The notes beneath the pieces are model-generated. The model made no database searches. It was not told the DNA's origin and saw nothing but the letters and a program-made list of their open reading frames with translations. A program made the translations under genes and the position numbers. A stretch of 64,000 nucleotides of DNA from NCBI GenBank assembly GCA_041671365.1, contig JBAZBP010000002.1:1052-65051 (forward strand), read 5' to 3'. The stretch is from Patescibacteria group bacterium (lineage in GTDB: Bacteria > Patescibacteriota > Patescibacteriia > Patescibacteriales > UBA12465). The stretch's first letter is position 1; each line of letters starts with the position of its first letter. Positions 53,175 through 64,000 of the stretch are shown here, piece after piece.

Positions 53175-53291
53175 TAGCCAGATGAAATAATATTTTAAGG
53201 AGCGATTGTTCTTTTCGTTAGGAAAAAAGGAGCATTTCGCGACTTTTTTCCCCAGAAAAGAACTAGCGGGAAAAACATTATTTCATCTGGC
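53175..53291. repeat. Structured intergenic repeat, copy 3 (inverted relative to copy 2)
   Basis: 16-bp outer stem agccagatgaaataat/attatttcatctggct. The core 53191-53275 equals the reverse complement of the copy 2 core at about 79 of 83 positions by hand alignment. Confidence 0.7.
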
Positions 53292-53309
53292 TTAACACAA
53301 TTTCAATGG

Positions 53310-55310
53310 CTATAGAATAATTCTAACATCTCCCGCCGAAACCCCCTTCTCTGTTACAAATAGCGGATTAATATCCAATTCTGATATTTCCGGATGTTCA
53401 TTAGCTAAACGCGCTAAATTAACTAAGGCGTCAGCGAGCGCAATAATATCATATTTTTTCTGGCGTCGCGCCCCGTTTAAAATCGGATAAATCTTTAACG
53501 CGCCGATGAGTTCCAAGGCGCGTGTCCGATCTAAATCACTAATCGCTAATTTAAAATCCTTGAATACTTCCGTATAAATTCCCCCCTGTCCGATCATCAT
53601 AATCGGTCCAAAAGCGCTATCGCGCTTAAAACCTAAAATAATTTCCTGAAACTTAGTTGCTTGCGTCTGGATTACCAAATAATTTTTCGAATTATTTAAG
53701 GCCGAACGATTCTTTGTCTGTAAACTCGAAACGGCCGCTTTTAACTCCGCCACATTTTTTAGATTAATTACCACGCTGCCCGTATCGGTTTTATGTAAAA
53801 AATCCGGACCGGTAATTTTAAGAACTACCGGATATTTATAAGTCTTTAAGTACGCCGGCGAAAAACGAGTAGTTTTAACCACCGGGATTTTATATTGTTT
53901 TAATAAACGAAAAGAAGCTAAATAATCATCAGTCGTGATTTTAGCTTTTATTTTAAAAGAAAATCGCTTATAGGGTCTGATATTTTTAAGTGTCTCTTTG
54001 TAAACGATTAATTTTTTAAAACTGCGCACCGCTTCTTCCGGAAAATCAAATGTCGGAATATTGTTTTTAGCGAATAGGGCCCGGGCCGATTGAACATCTC
54101 GACCGCCGACAAAACTGGTCATGATTAATTTATGCGGATATTTTTTCGCAATGGCCACAATCGCTTCAGCCGTTTTTAGGGGTTCCGTGGAAGTTTGCGG
54201 CGTCAACAAAACTAATAAATTATTAATTTTTTTATCGGCGAGAGCTTTCTTAATAGCAGCGTCATAACGCGCCGCATCGGCATCGCCCAATAAATCCTGA
54301 CTATGACCAAAAGGCAAATTCTGACGACCAACTTCGTCGGCGGTTAAAACTGCCACCCCTCCAGCGTTAGTTATTAAGTAAAGTTCTTGCCGTCCAAGAT
54401 TATGCCAAGACTCTTTACGAAATAGCAACAACAAATTAAACAACTCTTCTAAATTTTCTAACCAAATCGCTCCGGCTCGTTCTAGCCCGGTTCGTACTGC
54501 CGCCGCCGAACCGGCCAATGATCCGGTATGAGATAAAGCTAGCTGGCTGCCGGCCGCGCTAATTCCGGATTTAAGAACGGCCACCGGCTTATGTTTAGAT
54601 AAACGCGAAACTATCTCCATAAATCGCTGGCCGTCTTTAATTTCTTCCAAGTAAGCGACAACCAGATCAATCCGCGAATCATGAGCCAAATAATCCAAAA
54701 TTTTATTTTCATCAATCACCGCTTGATTGCCTAAGCTAATAAAATAACCGAAATTAAAATCTTTAATTTTCAACCAATCGAGGGCCGCGGCACCGATCGC
54801 GCCGGATTGCGATAATAGTGCACTATTACCGGTTTCTTTATCGGCCGCCGCAAAAGTAGCGTTCAAATGCTGCCAGGTATTGATCAAACCCAAACAATTT
54901 GGTCCTAAAATATTAAGTTTATGTTTCCGGGCTAATTTAATTATTTCATTTTCCAAGGAAAGGCCCTCCGGACCATTCTCTTTAAAACCGGCCGTAATGA
55001 TAATAATATTTCTAATACCCAAAGCCGCACATTTTTTCAGTTCCGTTAAAACTAAACTGGCCGGAATGGCAATAATTACCAATAGCGAAGCATAATCTAC
55101 TGTCGGCAAATTGGCCAAATCGGCATAGGCAGGCAAACCGGCCACTTTCGATTCTTTTAAATTAACCGGATAAATTCGTCCCTTAAAGCCATTTTTGATT
55201 ATATTATCTAAAATTTGTCGGCCTAATTTAGCCGGATTAGCGGAAGCGCCGACAATTGCGACCGCTCGCGGATTAAAGAAATAATTTAAAGACATAGATT
55301 TATATAACAC
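53310..55310 (-). CDS. Acetate--CoA ligase (ADP-forming), fused alpha/beta type
   Basis: 666 aa with an N-terminal CoA-binding region NPRAVAIVGAS, succinyl-CoA-synthetase-like flavodoxin domains and a C-terminal ATP-grasp. Confidence 0.88.
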   Translation of the reverse strand: MLYKSMSLNYFFNPRAVAIVGASANPAKLGRQILDNIIKNGFKGRIYPVNLKESKVAGLPAYADLANLPTVDYASLLVIIAIPASLVLTELKKCAALGIRNIIIITAGFKENGPEGLSLENEIIKLARKHKLNILGPNCLGLINTWQHLNATFAAADKETGNSALLSQSGAIGAAALDWLKIKDFNFGYFISLGNQAVIDENKILDYLAHDSRIDLVVAYLEEIKDGQRFMEIVSRLSKHKPVAVLKSGISAAGSQLALSHTGSLAGSAAAVRTGLERAGAIWLENLEELFNLLLLFRKESWHNLGRQELYLITNAGGVAVLTADEVGRQNLPFGHSQDLLGDADAARYDAAIKKALADKKINNLLVLLTPQTSTEPLKTAEAIVAIAKKYPHKLIMTSFVGGRDVQSARALFAKNNIPTFDFPEEAVRSFKKLIVYKETLKNIRPYKRFSFKIKAKITTDDYLASFRLLKQYKIPVVKTTRFSPAYLKTYKYPVVLKITGPDFLHKTDTGSVVINLKNVAELKAAVSSLQTKNRSALNNSKNYLVIQTQATKFQEIILGFKRDSAFGPIMMIGQGGIYTEVFKDFKLAISDLDRTRALELIGALKIYPILNGARRQKKYDIIALADALVNLARLANEHPEISELDINPLFVTEKGVSAGDVRIIL

Positions 55311-55338
55311 GCCTGAAGTTCTAATCGGCGTGTAAAAA

Positions 55339-55449
55339 TTACCGCTTAATTAATAAAACAAAACCGCTGACGAACCAAAAAATGAACAAATAATTCAAAT
55401 TAAAATAAACTAAAATTATCCGCGGAGAAATAATTTCCATAATAATCAT
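55339..55449 (-). CDS. Possible 36-aa membrane peptide
   Basis: Hand-read MIIMEIISPRIILVYFNLNYLFIFWFVSGFVLLIKR. No other support. Confidence 0.2.
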   Translation of the reverse strand: MIIMEIISPRIILVYFNLNYLFIFWFVSGFVLLIKR

Positions 55450-55493
55450 TATAACCAAGGCCAGGCTGAAAAAATAAAATATTTCTTGCAGTA

Positions 55494-56969
55494 TTAAGGC
55501 CAAATTTTTTGCCATAAAGTTTTACCTTTTAAGTTTATAGTAATTTCTTTAATTTCTAAATAACCGGCGGCCGCTGTTTTACCCGTTAAACCCGGAATGG
55601 AAATAAGAAAAGTATAGCGACCGTCAACCCGATCGGCCCCGATTAAGTTAAATTTAGCGCTCGCTGTTTTTAAACCGTCGTTTTCCAAAGGTTGGGAATA
55701 ACTAGCGATAATATATTTAATATTGTCGCCGGGCAGAAAATAACGATCGATGGATTTAACGCCGGGATTAAGCAAATTATCGGCCGCAAAAGCGAAAACA
55801 CCATTATTTTCTAAGACCAGATCATCTTTTTTAAGGTTAATTATTGAGTTTAATCCGCCTGATATATAGTTAAAGGGTTGATAGGTTTTATTTAAATCAA
55901 ATGTCCGGCCGCCAAAAATAATTTTTCCCAGACTAACCGGATTGGAGGTTTGGACCCGTAATTGTTTCGCATCGGTAAATAGCGTTAAATCGCCTGATCC
56001 GGAAACGGGCCAAATTTTATGAATGACGCTTAATTTGTCCGAAGAACTCTCAATTTTTTTAATGACAACATCATTAGAAATTTTTACTTCAATTTTATAA
56101 ACTCCGGCTGGCTGGGTTTGTCCTCTGAAATTCAGACTTTTAATCTCGGTCTTCCCCGTGTTTAATTCGGAATTGTCAGAAATAGTTTGCGTCATTATTA
56201 TTTTATCGCCCGACCAGATATTAACCGTGACCGGATCAGATTTAGAGTCCTGACGTAAATATAAAAAATTAAAATTAAGGCGCCAGGGTTCATTTTTCAA
56301 ATATAGATAAAATTGATGCGCGCCGCGCAACGGCTGATTAATAACAAGCGGCCGAAGAGGGACATAATCCGGCAAAGAATAACTGAGCTTCAAGGGGTAG
56401 TTATAAACTGCTACGCACGCCAAGGGGCCGCCGGAACAATTCTTTAAAAATCCCGCCTGCAAATCACTTAAAAATCCGGAAACGGAAGTATAGCTCTTGC
56501 TTGCCTGAAGAATTAAAAGTGACTCGCTGTCTTCCAGCCGCGGCCAATTAAAACGCCAATGGTCTAAAAGATTGTTTTGCAAAGGCTGAAGGTCATAACT
56601 GCCGGTCAACTGATCTTTCAAAACACCAAGCTCGATCAGCGGCGTCGTGGAGTTAAGCCGGTCGCGATATTTAATCGTCACTACGGCCGAATCAAAGGTC
56701 CGGGGCGTAAATACCGAAAAATAAACCGGATCGGTAATTATTTTTGGAGATAGCGGTTGACTGACGTCTAAACGATTGTCCGGTTTAAAATCACCGATAA
56801 AACCCTGCCCGCTATGCCAATTCGCCGGCCAACTCCGACTATAAGTAATATGTCCTAGAGGAACAATTTTAAAATACAAAAAAACCAAAATTATAGCTAA
56901 TAAAATCAGCCCTAAAAATAAACGTAACTTATACAAAGACGGCCATTTTGCTAAAAACGATTTTAACAT
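55494..56969 (-). CDS. Membrane-anchored hypothetical protein
   Basis: 491-aa ORF with a single N-terminal TM. No recognised motif. Confidence 0.65.
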   Translation of the reverse strand: MLKSFLAKWPSLYKLRLFLGLILLAIILVFLYFKIVPLGHITYSRSWPANWHSGQGFIGDFKPDNRLDVSQPLSPKIITDPVYFSVFTPRTFDSAVVTIKYRDRLNSTTPLIELGVLKDQLTGSYDLQPLQNNLLDHWRFNWPRLEDSESLLILQASKSYTSVSGFLSDLQAGFLKNCSGGPLACVAVYNYPLKLSYSLPDYVPLRPLVINQPLRGAHQFYLYLKNEPWRLNFNFLYLRQDSKSDPVTVNIWSGDKIIMTQTISDNSELNTGKTEIKSLNFRGQTQPAGVYKIEVKISNDVVIKKIESSSDKLSVIHKIWPVSGSGDLTLFTDAKQLRVQTSNPVSLGKIIFGGRTFDLNKTYQPFNYISGGLNSIINLKKDDLVLENNGVFAFAADNLLNPGVKSIDRYFLPGDNIKYIIASYSQPLENDGLKTASAKFNLIGADRVDGRYTFLISIPGLTGKTAAAGYLEIKEITINLKGKTLWQKIWP

Positions 56970-57003
56970 ATATCTGCTTCTATTTTACGGTATTTTTAGT
57001 AAT

Positions 57004-57034
57004 AAAAAAAGGGGGGTATCTACCCCCTTTTTTT
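57004..57034. terminator. Bidirectional intrinsic terminator downstream of rpoC
   Basis: aaaaaaa-gggggg-tatcta-ccccc-ttttttt. Confidence 0.7.
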
Positions 57035-57050
57035 ATATTTTCAGATTTTC

Positions 57051-60000
57051 TTATTTCCCATAATCGAACCTTTTTTTCTTCCCTTTATAACCGGTGCCGG
57101 CCGGGATTAAACAACCGATAATCACATTTTCTTTCAAACCTTCGAGGTAGTCGATTTTACCGTTAACCGCAGCATCGATTAGAACGCGTGAAGTCTCTTG
57201 AAAAGACGCTGCCGATAAAAAGCTGTCGGTCGTTAAGGAAGCCTTCGTAATACCTAGTAACAAACGGTCGGCTTTGGCCGGTTTCTTTAAACCTTTGTTC
57301 GCCTGCTCCAGAACCTCTTCTTCCACGGTTTCGCCCGGCAAGATAAGAGCGTCGCCCGCTTCTTTAATCAAATATCGAGAAAACATCTGACGAGCAATGA
57401 TCTCGACGTGCTTATCATTAAGCGGCTGTCCCTGAGAACCGTAAACATATTGAATTTCTCGGATTATATATTTTTGCGTTTCCAAACGACCCTTTAATTT
57501 ATAAAGTTCTCTCAAATCCAAGCTGCCTTCGGTTAATTGCGTTCCCCGTTCGACCGATTCCCCGTCTTTAACCATCATCATCGTTCCCTTAAGAATAGAG
57601 AATTCTTTAACTTTTTCCACTTCTTTGGAGATGCTGATATATTTTTCAGTCACCGCGGCCGTCCCGGCGGATTTCGCCAGCACTACATCTCCGCCAATCT
57701 TAAATAGCTCGGCATTCTTCGCAACCTTCTCGCTATCCTTAACGATAACCTTCAAATCTAATTTTTTAGCATCTTTAACCGTCAGTCCGCCGGCTAACTT
57801 TAATTCATTAATTTTTTCGGAAAAATAATATTTATCATAATCTCGACCCTTATAGTAAATACTAAGGATTTTAGTCTGAGGATTATCCACGGATATTTCT
57901 CGACCATCCTTATCTTTAATAATTTTCTGAGCAAATTCAATTTTAATTTTTCCGGCGACATCAGAAATCAAAGCCTTTTTCTTGGGAGAACGCGCTTCAA
58001 AAATTTCTTCAACGCGCGGCAAACCCTGGGTAATATCGTCCGAGCCGGCGACACCGCCGGAATGGAAAGTACGCATCGTTAACTGCGTGCCCGGCTCTCC
58101 GATAGACTGGGCGGCAATTACGCCGACGGTCGCACCCATCTTCACCGCCTTATTGTAGGCCAAATCCCAACCATAGCATTTAGCGCAAATACCTTTATGC
58201 ATTCGGCAACTCAAAACAGAACGAACACAAACATCTTCAATATCTTTAGTTTTTAATAATTTAATATTTTCCTCCGCCAACAACTCTCCGGCCTCTAAAA
58301 CAACTTTGCCTTTTTTATCTTTAACATCTTTAGCTACATAACGACCGGTAATTCGTTTAAAGAAATCCTCTCCGTCTCTTTCGGTTTCCGCTCGGTTTAA
58401 ATCCAAACCGATAGTATCGCCGCAATCATCATCGGAAATAATTACATCCTGAGAAACATCTACCAAGCGTCGGGTTAAATAACCGGCATTAGCCGTTCTT
58501 AAAGCCGTATCGGATAAACCTTTGCGAACACCATGAGTAGAAATAAAGTATTCCAAAACACCAAAACCTTCTTTAAAGTTTCCCTTAACCGGCAATTCGA
58601 AAATAGCACCCGAAGGAGAGGTAACTAAACCCTTCATACCTAAAATCTGGACCGGCTGTGCCCAAGAACCGCGCGCGCCGGAATCGATCATAGAAAATAC
58701 CGGTAAAATATCAGCCAACCCTTTCTTACAAATCTCGGCAATTTTATCTTTGGTATTGGTCCATTCCTCAATTACTTTAGAGTAACGTTCACTGTCGGTC
58801 AGCAAACCCTCATTATATTGTTCTTGAATAAGTTCCACTTTTTCATTAGTCGCCTCAATTAAACGATCTTTTTCCGGCATATTCGGTAAATCCCCGAAGC
58901 CCCAGGACAAACCGGATTTAGTAATAAAAGCAAAACTACTATTTTTTAAACTATCAATAAATTTAACCGTTTCCTCTTCTCCGTAAATTCTTAGACATTC
59001 TCGAATTAAATCTTTTAACTTACTTTTTCCCACTACCTCGTTAAGATAGCGTAATTTTTCCGGCAATAAGGAATTCAAAATTAAACGACCGATAGTAGTT
59101 TTTATTCTGGCCCCTTCATATCTAACCCCAATGGCTTCATGAAGATCGATACCATTATTTTCATAAGCCAAAAGCGCTTCGTCGAAATTATAAAAATAAT
59201 GCAAGCTCTCCGTCGATCGGCTGTCATAATCTTTTTCCGCCAATGTCATATAATAAGTACCCCAAACAATATCCTGTCCGGGAGCGACAATCGGTTCGCC
59301 GGTGGCTGGTTTTAATAAATTATGAGAAGACAACATTAAAGTCTCGGCTTCATGCCGCGCTTCTTTGGTCAGAGGAACATGAACCGCCATTTGATCGCCA
59401 TCGAAATCGGCGTTAAAAGCGGTACAAACGAGCGGATGAATCTGAATAGCTTTACCTTCGATTAAAATCGGTCGGAAAGCTTGAATACCTAAACGATGCA
59501 GAGTGGGCGCCCGATTTAATAAGACATAAGCCCCCTTAACGATTTCTTCCAAAATATCCCAAACCTCATCATGCCCCGCCTCCATGTAACGCGAAGCGCT
59601 GCGAACATTATGAACAATTTCGCGCTTAATAAGTTGCGAAATAACAAAAGGTTTAAATAATTCTAAAGCCATTATTTTCGGTAAACCGCATTGATCTAAG
59701 TTCAGGCGCGGATTAACGACGATAACCGAGCGACCGGAATAATCGACGCGTTTACCTAATAAATTTTGACGAAAACGACCTTGTTTACCCTTTAAAGTGT
59801 CGGCTAAGGATTTTAATTGGCGCTTCTGCCCGGTCGAAGCAGTAACGGTTTTGGTATGACGCGCACTATTGTCAATTAAAGCATCAACCGCTTCCTGTAA
59901 CATTCTTTTTTCGTTGCGACAAATAACTTCCGGCGCATTTAAATCAATTAATTGCTGTAAACGATTATTACGATTAATAATCCGACGATATAAATCATTT

Positions 60001-60983
60001 AAATCCGACGCGGCAAAACGGCCGCCATCAAGAGCTACCATCGGCCGTAAATCCGGAGGAACGACCGGCATAACCGTCATGATCATCCATTCCGGTCGGA
60101 TATTATTGTTACGAAAACTTTTTAAAAGCTTCAAGCGCTTAATCAATTTTTCTTTTTTAGAATCAATAGCCGTGGTCAATTTTTCTTCCAAATGAGTCAC
60201 GCTGGCCACTAAATCAATTTTGGCCAATAACTTACGAATCGCTTCCGCGCCGATCGAGGCTTCAAAAATATGACCGAATTTTTTACTAAGTTCCTGATAC
60301 TGCTGTTCTGATAAAATTAAAAGCGGCTTCAGTTCCTTTAACTCTTTTTGGACCGAACCAAAATCCTCTTCTAAGCGCGCTAAGCGCTCGGCTTTTAATT
60401 TAGCCGCTTCTTTTATTCCTGAATTATTTTCACTTTCTTGACCGGTACTTTCTTTGATCTTCTTGATTTGTAAATTATAATCATTATCGATATTTTTAAT
60501 TTTTCCTTTATATTCGGCTTTAACCTGATCAATCGTGGTTTGTTTTAAAGTTTCATCAACTTCGGTCACAATAAAACTGGCATAATAAATTACTTTTTCC
60601 AAAGATTGAATTCCCAGTCCTAATAATAATCCAATCTTGGAAGATAAACCGCGTAAAAACCAAATATGAGAAACCGGCACCTGCAGAGTAATGTGCCCTA
60701 AGCGTTCTCGACGAACGATGCTGCGCGTCACTTCCACACCGCATTTATCGCAGACGATTCCTTTATAACGAATTTTTTTATATTTGCCGCAAGCACATTC
60801 CCAATCCTTAGTCGGACCAAAAATTTTTTCGCAGAACAGACCGTCTTTCTCCGGTTTTTGCGTGCGATAATTAATAGTTTCCGGTCTGACTACTTCCCCG
60901 TGCGACCAGCCTAAAATTTCATCCGGACTGGCTAAGCGCAGGCGAATAGCCGAAAAATCGCTAGTTTTTATAGGATTTAACAT
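57051..60983 (-). CDS. rpoC: DNA-directed RNA polymerase beta' subunit
   Basis: 1310 aa with the NADFDGDQMAVH catalytic motif and an N-terminal zinc-binding Cys cluster. Confidence 0.97.
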   Translation of the reverse strand: MLNPIKTSDFSAIRLRLASPDEILGWSHGEVVRPETINYRTQKPEKDGLFCEKIFGPTKDWECACGKYKKIRYKGIVCDKCGVEVTRSIVRRERLGHITLQVPVSHIWFLRGLSSKIGLLLGLGIQSLEKVIYYASFIVTEVDETLKQTTIDQVKAEYKGKIKNIDNDYNLQIKKIKESTGQESENNSGIKEAAKLKAERLARLEEDFGSVQKELKELKPLLILSEQQYQELSKKFGHIFEASIGAEAIRKLLAKIDLVASVTHLEEKLTTAIDSKKEKLIKRLKLLKSFRNNNIRPEWMIMTVMPVVPPDLRPMVALDGGRFAASDLNDLYRRIINRNNRLQQLIDLNAPEVICRNEKRMLQEAVDALIDNSARHTKTVTASTGQKRQLKSLADTLKGKQGRFRQNLLGKRVDYSGRSVIVVNPRLNLDQCGLPKIMALELFKPFVISQLIKREIVHNVRSASRYMEAGHDEVWDILEEIVKGAYVLLNRAPTLHRLGIQAFRPILIEGKAIQIHPLVCTAFNADFDGDQMAVHVPLTKEARHEAETLMLSSHNLLKPATGEPIVAPGQDIVWGTYYMTLAEKDYDSRSTESLHYFYNFDEALLAYENNGIDLHEAIGVRYEGARIKTTIGRLILNSLLPEKLRYLNEVVGKSKLKDLIRECLRIYGEEETVKFIDSLKNSSFAFITKSGLSWGFGDLPNMPEKDRLIEATNEKVELIQEQYNEGLLTDSERYSKVIEEWTNTKDKIAEICKKGLADILPVFSMIDSGARGSWAQPVQILGMKGLVTSPSGAIFELPVKGNFKEGFGVLEYFISTHGVRKGLSDTALRTANAGYLTRRLVDVSQDVIISDDDCGDTIGLDLNRAETERDGEDFFKRITGRYVAKDVKDKKGKVVLEAGELLAEENIKLLKTKDIEDVCVRSVLSCRMHKGICAKCYGWDLAYNKAVKMGATVGVIAAQSIGEPGTQLTMRTFHSGGVAGSDDITQGLPRVEEIFEARSPKKKALISDVAGKIKIEFAQKIIKDKDGREISVDNPQTKILSIYYKGRDYDKYYFSEKINELKLAGGLTVKDAKKLDLKVIVKDSEKVAKNAELFKIGGDVVLAKSAGTAAVTEKYISISKEVEKVKEFSILKGTMMMVKDGESVERGTQLTEGSLDLRELYKLKGRLETQKYIIREIQYVYGSQGQPLNDKHVEIIARQMFSRYLIKEAGDALILPGETVEEEVLEQANKGLKKPAKADRLLLGITKASLTTDSFLSAASFQETSRVLIDAAVNGKIDYLEGLKENVIIGCLIPAGTGYKGKKKRFDYGK

Positions 60984-60988
60984 ATATT

Positions 60989-64000
<3,012 letters not shown>

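Noticed and set aside
36197-53291. CRISPR array formed by the repeated hairpin elements
   Set aside because: The copies are 8-9 kb apart, one is inverted, they are ~110 nt long and there is no regular spacing. No cas genes are in the window.

Overview
This is a low-GC, tightly packed bacterial window. Gene content suggests an uncultivated small-genome lineage (CPR/Patescibacteria-like); that is an inference, not shown directly. Content falls into five parts. (1) 575-6762 is a ~6.2 kb integrated element at the 3' end of tRNA-Ser(GCU). It is bounded by an exact 18-nt direct repeat and encodes a large serine recombinase, an HUH rolling-circle Rep and cargo genes (methyltransferase, NUDIX, a frameshifted exported protein). 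(2) Core DNA-repair genes are recG and radA. (3) 12.1-32.6 kb is a ~20 kb single-strand, monoderm-type type IV secretion-like locus with VirB4, a PrgI/VirB3-like protein, a VirB6-like fusion and a putative VirB8-like protein. I see no relaxase, coupling protein or VirB11. The locus also holds a 2623-aa Cys-rich giant protein and an out-of-place T9SS-sorting-domain protein. (4) In a pyruvate:ferredoxin oxidoreductase operon (porGDAB), three paralogous Cys-rich VirB2/TrbC-pilin-like genes are interleaved. Two are fused to peptidoglycan hydrolase domains (NlpC/P60 and 3D), and those two share a 387-bp perfect repeat. (5) 45-64 kb is housekeeping: rnhA, recJ, lepA, murJ, glycosyltransferases, ADP-forming acetyl-CoA synthetase, rpoC and partial rpoB. 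Non-coding features include tRNA-Ser, tRNA-Arg, an aberrant 68-72 nt tRNA-like minihelix, and a three-copy intergenic structured repeat with conserved loops and covarying stems. All calls come from reading the ORF track and the sequence by eye; no database search was run.
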